A stretch of 64,000 nucleotides of DNA from Chitinophaga pinensis (GTDB lineage Bacteria; Bacteroidota; Bacteroidia; NS11-12g; UBA955), in assembly GCA_945888525.1 (NCBI GenBank), contig CAMDAF010000006.1, positions 19,489 to 83,488 of the forward strand, written 5' to 3'. The notes beneath the pieces are model-generated. The model was not told the origin of the DNA and ran no database searches. It was given only the letters and a program-made list of their open reading frames with translations. Positions 35,934 to 47,500 of this stretch are shown one piece after another. The number at the start of each line of letters is the position of its first letter. Position 1 is the first letter of the stretch. Both the position numbers and the translations under genes were made by a program.

Positions 35934-38201
35934 CTATTGAGCAACATTCTTACGGATAATGTTCAAAGCTCCTCCAGCCTTAAACCACTCAATTTGTTGA
36001 TCATTGTATGTATGGTTGCAAACTATGGCGTCAACTGAACCATCCTTATGGTTTAAAGCCAATGTCAAATCCTTGCCTGGCGCAAAATCCATCAAGCCAT
36101 TCAAATCAATTGAATCGTCTTCTTGGATTTTATCGTAATCTGCTTTGTGAGCAAAAGTCAAGGCCAACATACCTTGCTTTTTAAGGTTGGTTTCGTGTAT
36201 CCTAGCGAACGATTTGGTTAAAACCACACGAACACCTAGGTGTCTCGGTTCCATAGCAGCATGCTCTCTGCTTGAACCTTCACCATAATTCTCATCACCC
36301 ACCACAATACTACCTATGCCTTCTGCTTTATATGCTCTTTGAACATGGGGTACTTCATCGTATGCACCTGTCAATTGATTCTTTACTAAATTGGTTTTCT
36401 CATTGAAAATATTCACTGCACCAATCAACATGTTGTTTGAAATATTGTCCAAATGGCCTCTGAATTTCAACCATGGACCAGCCATTGAAATATGGTCGGT
36501 GGTACATTTACCCTTAGCCTTAATCAGCAATTTCAAGCCTTTTAAATCACTTCCTTCCCATGCAGCAAATGGTTCTAACAATTGCAAACGGCTGCTTGTA
36601 GGCGATACAGCAACCACAACACTTGATCCATCTTCTGCTGGCGCTTGGTAGCCTGCATCTTCTGCGGCAAATCCCTTCGAAGGCAACTCAACACCCGTTG
36701 GCTCATCAAGCTTCACAATTTCACCATTCTCGTTAACCAAAGTATCAGTCAATGGATTAAAATCCAAACGACCAGCAATGGCTAAGGCGGTAGTTATCTC
36801 AGGACTGGCAACAAATGCATGTGTATTTGGATTGCCATCTTGTCTAGCTGCAAAGTTTCTATTGAATGAGTGAACAATTGAGTTCTTTTCTTTTTTCTCA
36901 GCACCCATTCTGGTCCACATACCAATACATGGTCCGCAAGCATTCGCAAATACTGTGGCACCAATTTTATTGAATGTCTCAATAAACCCATCGCGTTCGA
37001 TCGTGTACCTAACCAATTCGCTACCAGGGGTGATGGTGAATTCTGCTTTGGTTTTTAAATTCTTATCTGCAACTTGTTTTGCCAAACTAGCAGCACGTGA
37101 AATATCTTCATAACTGCTGTTGGTGCAACTTCCGATTAAACCTACTTCAATATTGATTGGCCATCCGTTTGCAGCTGCAGTTTCTTTCATTTTAGAAATT
37201 GGAGTAGCCAAATCTGGCGTGAATGGTCCGTTGATGTATGGCTCCAATTCAGAAAGATTCAGTTCAATAACTTGATCGAAATACATTTCAGGATTGGCAT
37301 AACATTCGGGATCTGCAGTTAAATGCGCACGAACTTCATTTGCCAAATCTGCAACATCTGCTCTGCCTGTAGATCTCAAATAACGCTCCATGCTGTCGTC
37401 GTATCCAAACGTTGAAGTTGTTGCCCCAATTTCAGCCCCCATATTACAAATGGTTCCTTTACCAGTGCAACTCATTGCATTTGCACCTTCACCAAAATAT
37501 TCAACAATTGCGCCAGTTCCACCTTTTACGGTTAAAATACCGGCAACCTTTAATATCACATCTTTTGGAGATGCCCATCCACTTAATTTTCCTGTTAATT
37601 TGATGCCAATGATTTTTGGAAATTTCAATTCCCATGGCAAACCAGCCATGACATCACAAGCATCAGCTCCACCAACACCAATGGCAACCATACCCAATCC
37701 ACCAGCGTTAACTGTGTGCGAATCGGTTCCTATCATCATGCCACCTGGGAAAGCGTAATTTTCTAATACCACTTGGTGTATAATACCAGCACCTGGTTTC
37801 CAAAAGCCGATGCCGTATTTATTGCTCACAGAGGATAAGAAGTCAAACACCTCTTTGCTTTCTGTATTTGCAAATTCTAAATCTTTGCTAGCTCCAACCT
37901 TAGCGTTGATTAAGTGGTCGCAATGCACCGTGCTTGGAACAGCGGCTTGTGGTCGACCAGCTTGCATAAATTGCAGCAAAGCCATTTGTGCTGTTGCGTC
38001 TTGCATAGCCACACGGTCTGGCGCAAAGTCAACGTAGCTGTTTCCTCTTTCGTAAACATGCTCTGCAGTCCCGGCACTTAAGTGGGTATACAAAATCTTT
38101 TCAGTAAGGGTTAATGGTTTTTGCAGAATTCTGCGTGCAGCTTCTATGCGTTCAGGCATATTGGCATACACTCTTTTGATCATGTTTATATCGAATGCCA
38201 T
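35934..38201 (-). CDS. acnA: Aconitate hydratase
   Basis: The 755-aa protein has the aconitase catalytic and swivel domains. Cys ligands are in CTNSSYEDI...CGPCIGMW. Confidence 0.9.
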   Translation of the reverse strand: MAFDINMIKRVYANMPERIEAARRILQKPLTLTEKILYTHLSAGTAEHVYERGNSYVDFAPDRVAMQDATAQMALLQFMQAGRPQAAVPSTVHCDHLINAKVGASKDLEFANTESKEVFDFLSSVSNKYGIGFWKPGAGIIHQVVLENYAFPGGMMIGTDSHTVNAGGLGMVAIGVGGADACDVMAGLPWELKFPKIIGIKLTGKLSGWASPKDVILKVAGILTVKGGTGAIVEYFGEGANAMSCTGKGTICNMGAEIGATTSTFGYDDSMERYLRSTGRADVADLANEVRAHLTADPECYANPEMYFDQVIELNLSELEPYINGPFTPDLATPISKMKETAAANGWPINIEVGLIGSCTNSSYEDISRAASLAKQVADKNLKTKAEFTITPGSELVRYTIERDGFIETFNKIGATVFANACGPCIGMWTRMGAEKKEKNSIVHSFNRNFAARQDGNPNTHAFVASPEITTALAIAGRLDFNPLTDTLVNENGEIVKLDEPTGVELPSKGFAAEDAGYQAPAEDGSSVVVAVSPTSSRLQLLEPFAAWEGSDLKGLKLLIKAKGKCTTDHISMAGPWLKFRGHLDNISNNMLIGAVNIFNEKTNLVKNQLTGAYDEVPHVQRAYKAEGIGSIVVGDENYGEGSSREHAAMEPRHLGVRVVLTKSFARIHETNLKKQGMLALTFAHKADYDKIQEDDSIDLNGLMDFAPGKDLTLALNHKDGSVDAIVCNHTYNDQQIEWFKAGGALNIIRKNVAQ

Positions 38202-38306
38202 GGTAATAAAATGTGTCGCAAATTTATGGAATTAAACTCAAATTCTCAAACACATCAAAGAGTTTTCGAATAGGCCGACTTGAGCCCAAATTTTAAGCTA
38301 AAAAAA

Positions 38307-39143
38307 TTATTTGCCTTTCCAAAGATTGTTTTCTTTCAGCTTCAATGAAGCCCCAAAGAAAATTTTGGCTGTTTCTTCAAAAGAGGCGGTGTAATCAGAT
38401 ACGAAAAACTTGTGTTTAGGCTCTGTTTTTTTCGTGTTTAACAAACCTTTTTCATCCAAAAAACGTTGGACAGCTTTTGAAACAATTTCTGCAGAATTGA
38501 TAATATCCAATTTACCCTTGTAGTAAGAACTTATTTCATTGATGATTAAAGGATAGTGGGTACATGCCAAAATAATACTTTCAATGCCAGTCAAATGAGG
38601 ATTGTCCAGATACGAATGAACTATGGTCTTTGAAATTTTGTTGTTAAAAAACCCCTCTTCAATCATGGGCGCAAGCAAAGGTGTGGCCAATGATTTTAGT
38701 TGCATATTTGGATTGGCCTTCTCAAATTTCTTTTTGTAAACGGCACTACTTACAGTGCGTTTGGTACCAATCAAACCAATTTTTTTGTATTTGTCTTGCG
38801 AAACAATGTGTTCAACTACGGGGTCTATAACATTGATTACAAACTGCTTGTCTGGCAATATCGCTTGAACTTGCTTAAATGCGGTTGCAGAAGCTGAGTT
38901 ACATGCGATTACAATCAATTTACATGGCTGAAGAATAAGAAACTCAGCAATTTTAATCGAATAATCTTTAATTGCATGTGGAGATTTTTCACCATAAGGC
39001 ATGTGGGCCGTGTCTCCAAAATAAACCAATTGCTCATGGGGCAGCAAATCGTTGATCGCTTTAGCAACCGTCAATCCACCAATTCCAGAATCAAAGACCC
39101 CGATTGGATAAGATGCCTTGGGTGAAAATTTGCCTGTAGACAA
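38307..39143 (-). CDS. murI: Glutamate racemase
   Basis: It has the motifs VFDSGIGGLTV, IACNSAS and CTHYP. The start appears to be TTG, with no in-frame ATG near the N-terminus. Confidence 0.85.
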   Translation of the reverse strand: MSTGKFSPKASYPIGVFDSGIGGLTVAKAINDLLPHEQLVYFGDTAHMPYGEKSPHAIKDYSIKIAEFLILQPCKLIVIACNSASATAFKQVQAILPDKQFVINVIDPVVEHIVSQDKYKKIGLIGTKRTVSSAVYKKKFEKANPNMQLKSLATPLLAPMIEEGFFNNKISKTIVHSYLDNPHLTGIESIILACTHYPLIINEISSYYKGKLDIINSAEIVSKAVQRFLDEKGLLNTKKTEPKHKFFVSDYTASFEETAKIFFGASLKLKENNLWKGK

Positions 39144-39145
39144 AA

Positions 39146-39718
39146 CTATCTTGCTCCTGGCATCCCAACTGGCTTTCCAGCACCTGGATTTGCCGCTGGC
39201 TTATCTTTAATACCCAATTTGGTTTTCACTGCTGCTTCAACATTGTTTTCCTCTGCAGCGTAGATCAACATGCCATAACTGTTGTCGATGACATGGGAAT
39301 AACCTTGCGCTTTTGCAACTTCTGCTACAGCTTCTTCTACTTTCTTTTTAATTGGAGCAACCAATTCGGTCATTTTTGCAGACAAACTATCTTGAATTGA
39401 TTGTTGCTTCTCTTGGTACATCAACTGCATGGTCTCAATATTTTGAGCATAAAGTTTTAATCTAGTTTGACTAGGTTGAGGCTTCTTAGATTCTAGCTCG
39501 TATTTTTTATTGACCGCCATCGCTTCTGCTTCAATCGCTTTCAACTCATCTTCCAATGATTGTTTGTACAATTCATACTCGTTAGATGCTTTGGTATAAT
39601 CTGGCATTGCTTGAATAATATTCTGAAAATTTAAATGCCCAATTTTTTGAGCTTGAGCAACACTTGGAGAAAAGGCACACAGCCATAAAAGCGCTGCGGT
39701 AAAAATGGATCTATTCAT
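39146..39718 (-). CDS. OmpH/Skp family periplasmic chaperone
   Basis: It has a signal peptide and a coiled-coil-rich about 190-aa body. It sits in tandem with a second OmpH gene, as usual in Bacteroidetes. Confidence 0.6.
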   Translation of the reverse strand: MNRSIFTAALLWLCAFSPSVAQAQKIGHLNFQNIIQAMPDYTKASNEYELYKQSLEDELKAIEAEAMAVNKKYELESKKPQPSQTRLKLYAQNIETMQLMYQEKQQSIQDSLSAKMTELVAPIKKKVEEAVAEVAKAQGYSHVIDNSYGMLIYAAEENNVEAAVKTKLGIKDKPAANPGAGKPVGMPGAR

Positions 39719-39733
39719 TATTGGTTTATTTGT

Positions 39734-40267
39734 TTATTTATCTGTATCTATTGGTGTCACGCCTAGTTCATCTAGAACGTCATCGCTTCGGTCGAACTTA
39801 GCATTGCTGAATAAAATATTCATATTGGCTGATTTGTCAAAAATAAAATCTAAGGCGTTCTTCTTTGCAACTGCAATTATTGCAACGGAAATTTTTTCTT
39901 GTATAGGTCTTATTAACTCCAAACGCTTTTTGAACAATTCCCCATTAACTCCAAACTTTTCTTGTTCAAACTTTTTCATCCCATCTTCTTTTGCAACGAT
40001 GGCATCTTCTCTTTCTTTCTTCTGGGTTGCACTTAACAAAATCTCTTCGGCCTTGTAGTCCTTGTACATTTTGTCAACTTCTTCTTTTAATATCTTTAAA
40101 TCAGCTTCCCATTTGCTCGACAATTCATTTAATTGTTTTTGCGCGGCTTTGTATTCCGTCATTTGGCCTAAGATATACTCAGTGTCAACATAGCCAAACT
40201 TTTGGGCTTTAGCGCCAAAAACAAAGAATCCAAAGGCTGCAATAAGTAAGAAAAGTTTAGTTTTCAT
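39734..40267 (-). CDS. OmpH/Skp family periplasmic chaperone
   Basis: It has a signal peptide MKTKLFLLIAAFGFFVFGAKAQ and the OmpH-like segment FGYVDTEYILGQMTEYKAAQKQL. Confidence 0.65.
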   Translation of the reverse strand: MKTKLFLLIAAFGFFVFGAKAQKFGYVDTEYILGQMTEYKAAQKQLNELSSKWEADLKILKEEVDKMYKDYKAEEILLSATQKKEREDAIVAKEDGMKKFEQEKFGVNGELFKKRLELIRPIQEKISVAIIAVAKKNALDFIFDKSANMNILFSNAKFDRSDDVLDELGVTPIDTDK

Positions 40268-40364
40268 TGATTTAAAAATGTTTATACGATTGCTTAAACG
40301 AATAATGTGCCAAAATGTTATAGGTTCGCAAAAATAATGATTTTTACCTTTTTAAAAAATTCTT

Positions 40365-41546
40365 TTAAGGCAAGAGCAAAGAACTGTCGCCATAACTTAA
40401 AAACCGATAGCCATTATCCAATGCATGGGCATATACCTTTTCCCAATTGTCCCCCAAAAGCGCTGAAATCAGCAAAAGGAGCGTAGATTTAGGCTGATGA
40501 AAATTGGTAATTAATCCCTTTACCACCTTGAACTCATAACCCGGAACCACCATAATAGAGGTTTGCCCATACACCGAATCCAATTTATTTTGATTCAAAA
40601 ATTGCAAAACTGCCTCAATAGAAGCTTTTAAACTGTATTCGGGTCTACCCTCATAAACGAATTGTTCTATCTTAAAAGGATTCTCTCTGCATTCAATTAA
40701 ATTAACACCTGCCCAATACAAACTTTCCAAAACCCGTATAGAAGTCGTGCCAACGGCGATTGTTTGTTTGCTTTTCAAAATTGATTCTATCGCCACCCTG
40801 TTTACAGAATATATTTCTTGGTGCATATCATGCGCTCTGGCATCTTCAACCTTTACTGGCAAAAACGTACCTGCACTTACATGCAAGGTAACAAAATTTT
40901 GCGCTATACTTTTTTTCTTTATCTCGCTTAGTACGGCATCTGTAAAATGCAAACCTGCAGTTGGGGCGGCAACCGAACCTTGAATTTTTGAGTACACGGT
41001 TTGATACCGTCCTTTATCGTGTTCATTAGCCTCATGCTTGATATAAGGAGGCAATGGCAATTTGCCGATTTTTTCTAATAGCTCAACAAAAGTGCTTTCG
41101 CCCTGCCATGTAAATTCGACAACTAAATCTTCTACCTGCTTTATTTGAACAAGAGTTTCCTCAATTTCAATGGCTAAAACTTCATCAATCTTCCACTTCT
41201 TTTTATTGCCTATCAAACAAGACCAGCGGCAGTTTCCCTTCGAATTTAAGGCCTTTACATGCTCTGTTTTAAAGGGCTGCAGCAAAAAAACTTCAATTGT
41301 GGCTCCATTGCTGTTTTTTAGAAATATCCTCGCGGGAATAACCTTGGCGTCGTTAAAAAACAAACTTGAATTTGAATCCAATATTTCCGGCAGTTCCGAG
41401 AATTTTGCATCCAAAATTTGACCTGCCTTATAAACCAACAACTTACTGCTATCGCGCGGTTCTGCAGCAAACTGTGCAATTTTATCTTCCGTAAGATTGT
41501 AATCGTAATCTTTTATTAAAACCGAATTGCCCATTGATTTACCCAT
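40365..41546 (-). CDS. queA: S-adenosylmethionine:tRNA ribosyltransferase-isomerase
   Basis: The N-terminus reads DYDYNLTEDKIAQFAAEPRDSSKLLVY and there is a GTTSIRVLES motif. The second ATG (41534) is a possible alternative start. Confidence 0.85.
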   Translation of the reverse strand: MGKSMGNSVLIKDYDYNLTEDKIAQFAAEPRDSSKLLVYKAGQILDAKFSELPEILDSNSSLFFNDAKVIPARIFLKNSNGATIEVFLLQPFKTEHVKALNSKGNCRWSCLIGNKKKWKIDEVLAIEIEETLVQIKQVEDLVVEFTWQGESTFVELLEKIGKLPLPPYIKHEANEHDKGRYQTVYSKIQGSVAAPTAGLHFTDAVLSEIKKKSIAQNFVTLHVSAGTFLPVKVEDARAHDMHQEIYSVNRVAIESILKSKQTIAVGTTSIRVLESLYWAGVNLIECRENPFKIEQFVYEGRPEYSLKASIEAVLQFLNQNKLDSVYGQTSIMVVPGYEFKVVKGLITNFHQPKSTLLLLISALLGDNWEKVYAHALDNGYRFLSYGDSSLLLP

Positions 41547-42126
41547 GCAAAAAAGCCAAGAACGGCAACATTTTCACAAGTGCATTGTGCCTGTGACTCA
41601 TGGAATTTTTAGTATCAGAATCCATCTCTGCGAATGTTTTATCGCTGCCTTTTGGAATAAAAAGGGGGTCGTAACCAAAACCATTGACACCTCTTGGAGC
41701 TAAGGCAATTTCACCCTCAATAAATCCTTCGAAAAAGAAAGTTTTGTGCGGCATCCTCAAACAGATTACAGTAACAAACCTTGCATTTCTGTTCGGTTTG
41801 TCTTTTAAATTCTTCAAGAGTAAAGCATTGTTTTTGGCTGAATCTGCTGGCTCTCCGGCATATCTTGCACTGCGCACACCTGGGGCTTTTTTAAGCGCTT
41901 CAACTTCCAAACCACTGTCGTCAGAAAAACAAAACATCCCACAAGCATCGAACAATGCATTTGCCTTTAAAGCTGCATTTTCTTCAAATGTTTTCCCTGT
42001 TTCTTCAATATCTTCTGTAAAACCTGCTTCAGCAGAGGACAACAATTCGAAACCCTCCGGCAACAAAGCCTTTATTTCATCAATCTTGTGGCGGTTGCTC
42101 GAAGCAAATACAATTTTTACTGACAT
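41539..42126 (-). CDS. rdgB: Non-canonical purine NTP pyrophosphatase (RdgB/HAM1)
   Basis: The N-terminus is IVFASSNRHKIDEIKALL. The 195-aa protein has a Maf/Ham1 fold. Confidence 0.85.
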   Translation of the reverse strand: MSVKIVFASSNRHKIDEIKALLPEGFELLSSAEAGFTEDIEETGKTFEENAALKANALFDACGMFCFSDDSGLEVEALKKAPGVRSARYAGEPADSAKNNALLLKNLKDKPNRNARFVTVICLRMPHKTFFFEGFIEGEIALAPRGVNGFGYDPLFIPKGSDKTFAEMDSDTKNSMSHRHNALVKMLPFLAFLHG

Positions 42127-42128
42127 AA

Positions 42129-42629
42129 TTATTGAATTTGAAACATCCGTTTAACCAAACCCCACAATTGTTTCTTTTTTTCTTGATTCTCTGAAATATC
42201 CTTTATGGATTCCACGCATAAAATACGGCAATTGCCCTGCAAGGCGCCACCCCATAACTTACAGTATACGCCAACTTTTTCAGGATTGGCTCCCCAGAAG
42301 ATACAATAAACTGGGCTAAATAAATTCTCTAAATTGTTCCATTTAACGCCCTTGTAATCACTAATATTAACAACTGAAAACCCATCTGCATCCATTGAAA
42401 ACTTGTCATTTTTAATGGAGGTAATCATTCTAAAGAAGAAGTCACGCTCAGACTCCGGTATGATGTGTTCGTTTCCATGGTCGACAATATTTAAGAAGCG
42501 GAATTTATTCCCCCCCTCAGATTTCATCTCTTCAAACCATTGGATCTCATCAATCACATACAATTCTTCTCCCATCAGCATATTGACCTGCTCGGGATTA
42601 TTTTCTGAAATAATTAGGTTTTGATACAT
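42129..42629 (-). CDS. Hypothetical 166-aa protein, first gene of the hypothetical-rdgB-queA operon
   Basis: It is ATG-initiated and tightly packed against rdgB with a 2-nt gap. No recognisable motif was seen. Confidence 0.45.
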   Translation of the reverse strand: MYQNLIISENNPEQVNMLMGEELYVIDEIQWFEEMKSEGGNKFRFLNIVDHGNEHIIPESERDFFFRMITSIKNDKFSMDADGFSVVNISDYKGVKWNNLENLFSPVYCIFWGANPEKVGVYCKLWGGALQGNCRILCVESIKDISENQEKKKQLWGLVKRMFQIQ

Positions 42630-42654
42630 GGAATTGATTTAATTTGCATTTCAA

Positions 42655-43734
42655 ATGAGCCTCAAAATTACGACAAAACTGGTAGAAGAATCAAAAATTT
42701 CTTCTTTCGATTCAGAAAATATTGTGTTTGGTCATGTATTTACTGATCATATGTTTTCTTGCGATTTTAGAAATAATGAATGGCAAAACTTTAGATTAGA
42801 ACCCTTTGACAATATTTCATTAAGTCCTACACTCTCTGCTTTGCATTACGGACAAGCCATTTTTGAAGGCATGAAGGCCGTTAAAAACACCGATGGTGTG
42901 ATTACTTTATTCAGACCCTTGGATAATTTAGCCCGCCTTAACCGCTCTGCCAAAAGAATGTGCATGCCGTCTCTTCCGGCAGAAGTATTTATGGAAGCCC
43001 TTCAACAATTGGTTGTGGTTGATTCTGCTTGGATTCCGACAAAAGAAGGAAGTTCATTGTACATCCGTCCATTCATGTTTGCTACCGATGATTATCTGGG
43101 TGTAAAACCAAGTGAAAGCTATCGTTTTATGGTTTATGCTTGCCCAGTTAGCTCTTATTATAGCCATGCGCTAAAAGTAAAAGTTGAGGAACATTACACC
43201 CGTGCCTCTGCCGGTGGTGTTGGAGCAGCAAAATGCGCAGGCAATTACGCTGCCTCTATGTATCCTACAAAACTAGCACAAGATGAAGGTTTTGACCAAG
43301 TGCTATGGACCGATGGCGAAACCCACTCATACCTTGAAGAAACAGGAACCAGCAACGTCTTCGTCATTACCGATGAGGCCATATACACCCCAGAACTTAG
43401 CGACAGTTTGTTGGCCGGCATAACCCGCGACTCCATAATTAAACTTTTACGCAGCCAAGGCAAAAATGTTATTGAAACCAAAGTATCCGTGAACGATTTG
43501 GTAGAGTGGCACAACAAAGGACTGGTGAAGGAAATGTTCGTATCAGGTACCGCAGCAACGGTAACCAATATTGAACTTTTCAGCTACAAAGGCCAGTCTT
43601 ACAAAGTAAATGCAATCGACAACTTACTGAGCACAGATATTATCAAAACGTTTAACCAAATGAAAGCTTTAGTATTGCCAGACCCATTCAATTGGGTAAC
43701 AGTGGTTAAGGCTTCTGAGTTAATTACGCCATAA
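42655..43734 (+). CDS. ilvE: Branched-chain amino acid aminotransferase (class IV)
   Basis: The 359-aa protein is eukaryote/Bacteroidetes-type BCAT, with a PLP-Lys context in SAGGVGAAKCAGNYAAS. Confidence 0.85.
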   Translation: MSLKITTKLVEESKISSFDSENIVFGHVFTDHMFSCDFRNNEWQNFRLEPFDNISLSPTLSALHYGQAIFEGMKAVKNTDGVITLFRPLDNLARLNRSAKRMCMPSLPAEVFMEALQQLVVVDSAWIPTKEGSSLYIRPFMFATDDYLGVKPSESYRFMVYACPVSSYYSHALKVKVEEHYTRASAGGVGAAKCAGNYAASMYPTKLAQDEGFDQVLWTDGETHSYLEETGTSNVFVITDEAIYTPELSDSLLAGITRDSIIKLLRSQGKNVIETKVSVNDLVEWHNKGLVKEMFVSGTAATVTNIELFSYKGQSYKVNAIDNLLSTDIIKTFNQMKALVLPDPFNWVTVVKASELITP

Positions 43735-43737
43735 ACT

Positions 43738-44325
43738 ATGTATGAATTTATAGAAGGACACATCGAACATGCCAATCCCGCCTTTATTGTTTTAAACGTA
43801 GGGGGCATTGGCTACCATCTGCTCGTAAGCATCAATACCTTCGAAAAAATCAAGACCCTTAAACAGGTGCGCTTGTTAACACATTTATCAATCAAAGAAG
43901 ATGCGCATTCTATTTATGGCTTTTTTGATGAACAAGAACGTTCACTGTTTAGACATCTTATTTTGGTAAATGGTGTAGGAGCCAATACTGCGCGAATGAT
44001 TTTAAGTGGTCAAACCCCTCTTGCTATTATTAGTGCAATAAGCACCGGCAACATCGCCATGTTAAAATCCGTAAAAGGTGTTGGTCCTAAAACTGCACAA
44101 CGCATCATCATTGAATTGCAAGACAAGGTCAATAAAATTGCTACTCCCGGCGAAATGTCTCAATTCCCTGGCCATACAGGAAAACAATCAGAGGAAGCTT
44201 TATTGGCTTTATTGGCACTCGGATTCCCAAGACTGGCAGCAGAAAAAGTGATACAAAAAATCACTGGCCATTCCCCTTCTCTAAGTGTCGAAGACATCAT
44301 AAAGCAAGCCCTAAAATTGATGTAA
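43738..44325 (+). CDS. ruvA: Holliday junction DNA helicase RuvA
   Basis: It has the N-terminus MYEFIEGHIEH...FIVLNVGGIGYHL, HhH motifs and a C-terminal RuvB-interaction domain. Confidence 0.9.
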   Translation: MYEFIEGHIEHANPAFIVLNVGGIGYHLLVSINTFEKIKTLKQVRLLTHLSIKEDAHSIYGFFDEQERSLFRHLILVNGVGANTARMILSGQTPLAIISAISTGNIAMLKSVKGVGPKTAQRIIIELQDKVNKIATPGEMSQFPGHTGKQSEEALLALLALGFPRLAAEKVIQKITGHSPSLSVEDIIKQALKLM

Positions 44326-44525
44326 GCGCGGCAATTCGTTGCTTCATAATTCTATATTTTCAGCATTTATTTTTTCAAAAACCATTGTTTCCCTGGCTGA
44401 ATAAGCTTGTCCAAAAACAAGGTTTCTTTTTGGAATTTCTTACCAATGCATTTAGGAATTGTGTGATTTGGATATTCATGATTTTTGAAGTAATTTTCCA
44501 ACTTTAAGTCAAGTTTAGAATCACA

Positions 44526-47500
44526 ATGTCAACAAAGCAAAACAGCAGCGACAAAACCATCAGCAACAGCGCCAATACCGCAGTGTATATCAGCCAATCA
44601 AATGGCAATAAACAAGCAGAAAAAGACTTATTGGAATTGGCTGAAATATGTTTCAAATCTAACAATCCATTCACTTTATTTGCCTCAGAAAAATTAAAAT
44701 CAAATTCCATTTCTGATCTTCTAAAAGACAGTAAGATAAAAACCATCAATCCAAATGGTTTTGGCGAGGACATAAAAAATATTCTGACCCTACAATTGCC
44801 TTTGAGCAATAGAGCAGATGCAATTTTAAAGTGGACACAGAATGCCAATAAGGCTTTCAATGGCAAGAACATGGTTGCTGCCATAGGACGCAATTCAGAT
44901 AAATCAAATTTCTACGACAAGCATTTGGCGTATTGGAGCAACTTTTGGCCAAAGTTTTTTACAGGGGCTAACAGCAACTTATCTTCTTGTGAAGCGGTAT
45001 TGCTTTCTGAAGATGACTTCAAGTATTTGGTTCTTGAAAAAAAAATAGACAGCGCATGGCAATTGGCTGCCCTTGGCGAAAAAGAAGGCATTTGTACCAA
45101 GGTTCCATTTGAGTACAAAGCCAGCGATTTTAAACTTGGAGACGCTAGCAAATCATTCGCCCGCGGACTTGTTGATGGCATTAAAACTTTAATCAATTAT
45201 TTCTTCAAAGCGGTCAACCCTGGCGACCAAATTACCGACAAGAGTAATATTAACCATAGTTTATACAAAAAAATATTTGGCTTTTCGGCCGTGTTTTTAC
45301 TCATTGGCATGCTTAGTATAAGCAACGATTACAACGTTACCTGGGACGAACCCAACCATAATAACTACTCGCAAGATGTCTTGGACTATTACACCAGCAT
45401 GGGTGAAGACACCAGTATGTTCGACTTCCAAGCCGAAGGCCACCGCGACAACTTTACCAACGTCTTGTATGGCATGGGCATTGACGTTTTGGCCTCAGGT
45501 GTAAACAGAATTATTGGCACCAATGAAACTGCAGTGCCCAAAGACATTATCGCCATTACATTTACTGGCAACATTGTCGATTCTCTATTCAACAACCAAT
45601 ACAAACGCTATCCTGTCGATGAAAGTGGCTTTATTGAGCACCGCACTTTGGGTAAAATAAATGTAGCAGGAAAAACTTTGCCTGAAATCAAATCCGTGTT
45701 GAAAGATAAACTAAACGAAGGCTCAGTGAACGCCTCAGTGAGTGTTGGTTTCAGCAGTTTCAAAGCCCACCACGCCGAATTTGTAACCAGGCACATATTA
45801 AACACGATTACTGGTTTCCTAGCCATTTTATTTGCTTCTCTTTTAGTCAGAATGCTGTCTGGTTGGTTGCCTGCCATCATCACACTTATCGCATTGGTTT
45901 GCTCTCCTTCTTTCTTCGGCCAATGTTTTAACAACCCTAAGGACATTCCTTTTGCAGCTGGCTACATCATGTCTTTATATTACCTGGTTCGCTTGTTAAA
46001 GGAATTGCCTTCTGCGCGGCACCAAACCAAGGTAATGCTTGCCTTGGCCATCGGATTTACCATTAGTATCCGTGTTCAAGGGGTCTTGCCACTCGGATTT
46101 TTATTGATGTTTATGGGCTTGCATTGGCTGTTAAACTACGCCAACAAAAAAGACAATAAATTCTTAGTATACGTGAAACACGGTTTATTAATCGGCATCG
46201 TCGCTTACATACTTGGAATTTTATTCTGGCCTTATGCCTTAAGAAATCCTATAGACGGAACACTTAAAGCCCTAACTGAGTTTGACAAATTCTCATACCT
46301 TACCTATTACGAATTGTTTGATGGGGTGCGTTTGTTCGACAAACCATGGTATTACGAGCCAAAATTAATTATGCTTACAGCGCCATTGGCAGTATTGGCT
46401 GGTTTATTACCCGGCGTGCTCTTGGGCTGGAAAAACAACAAAACACAAAGGTTAATGATAGGATTGGTCTTATTGGCCACCTTCTTTCCTTCGGCTTACA
46501 TCATTTATAAAAAATCATACGTATACAACGGTTGGAGACATTTCATATTCATATATCCATCCTTAGTGGCCATCGCTATTTTAGGTTGGCATTGGTTGGC
46601 AGGATTATTTAAGAACGCTAAAATCAAAATGGGACTAATGCTAATCATTGGCCTGACGTTTATTAAGCCTGGTATTTGGAGCATAGTCAACCACCCATAC
46701 CAATACATTTACTTCAATGAAATTGCAGGGGGTGTTGAAGCGGCAAATGGCAAATACGAACTCGACTATTGGAACCAAACCCCGAGAGCTGCGTTTAAAT
46801 GGTTGATTGAAAACCATCCTGAAGTGCTTAAAGGCGACATCAAAGTAAGCAGCAACAACATACAAGAAGCGCTTAAAACCTTTGTTCCAGAAGGCAAAGA
46901 CGTTAAATATGCTTGGACCCGCGAATACGAATGGGCCGACAACAATTGGACCTATGCCATTTGGACCACCAGAACACTTTCTAAAAACCAAATTTTGAAT
47001 GGATACTGGCCGCCTAAAGGCACCATTCATGAAATTAAAGTTGACGGTGTGACAATTGCCGCCGTAGTTCGATCGAACAGCAATTACAGCTATCTAGGCA
47101 AACAATGTTTAAAGAAAAACAATGGTGATTCTGCACTTTGGTATTATGAGCAAGCTTATGCATTCAATCCTTTGGAAGAGGAATATGCAAGGGGTGTTGC
47201 TGACGCTTGTAAAATGAAAATGAGATTGGATTCCGCCGTTATGTTCTATAAAAAAGCCATTGAATTGAGGGATGGAAATTACGAAGCTTACCAGAACTTA
47301 GGCGAAGTATACTACACCCAAGCCTTAATGGCAGACCAAAACAATCCGAATGCTAAAATGCTTGAACTGGCATTTGAAACGTTGGCATTGGCCTTTAAAC
47401 ACAAAAAAAATGCCTCGGCACCTTTGTTGATGGGTGAAATTAGGCTTCAACAAAAAAATGCTCTAGAAGCAAAAATGTATTTCAACCTCTTCAATCAAGC

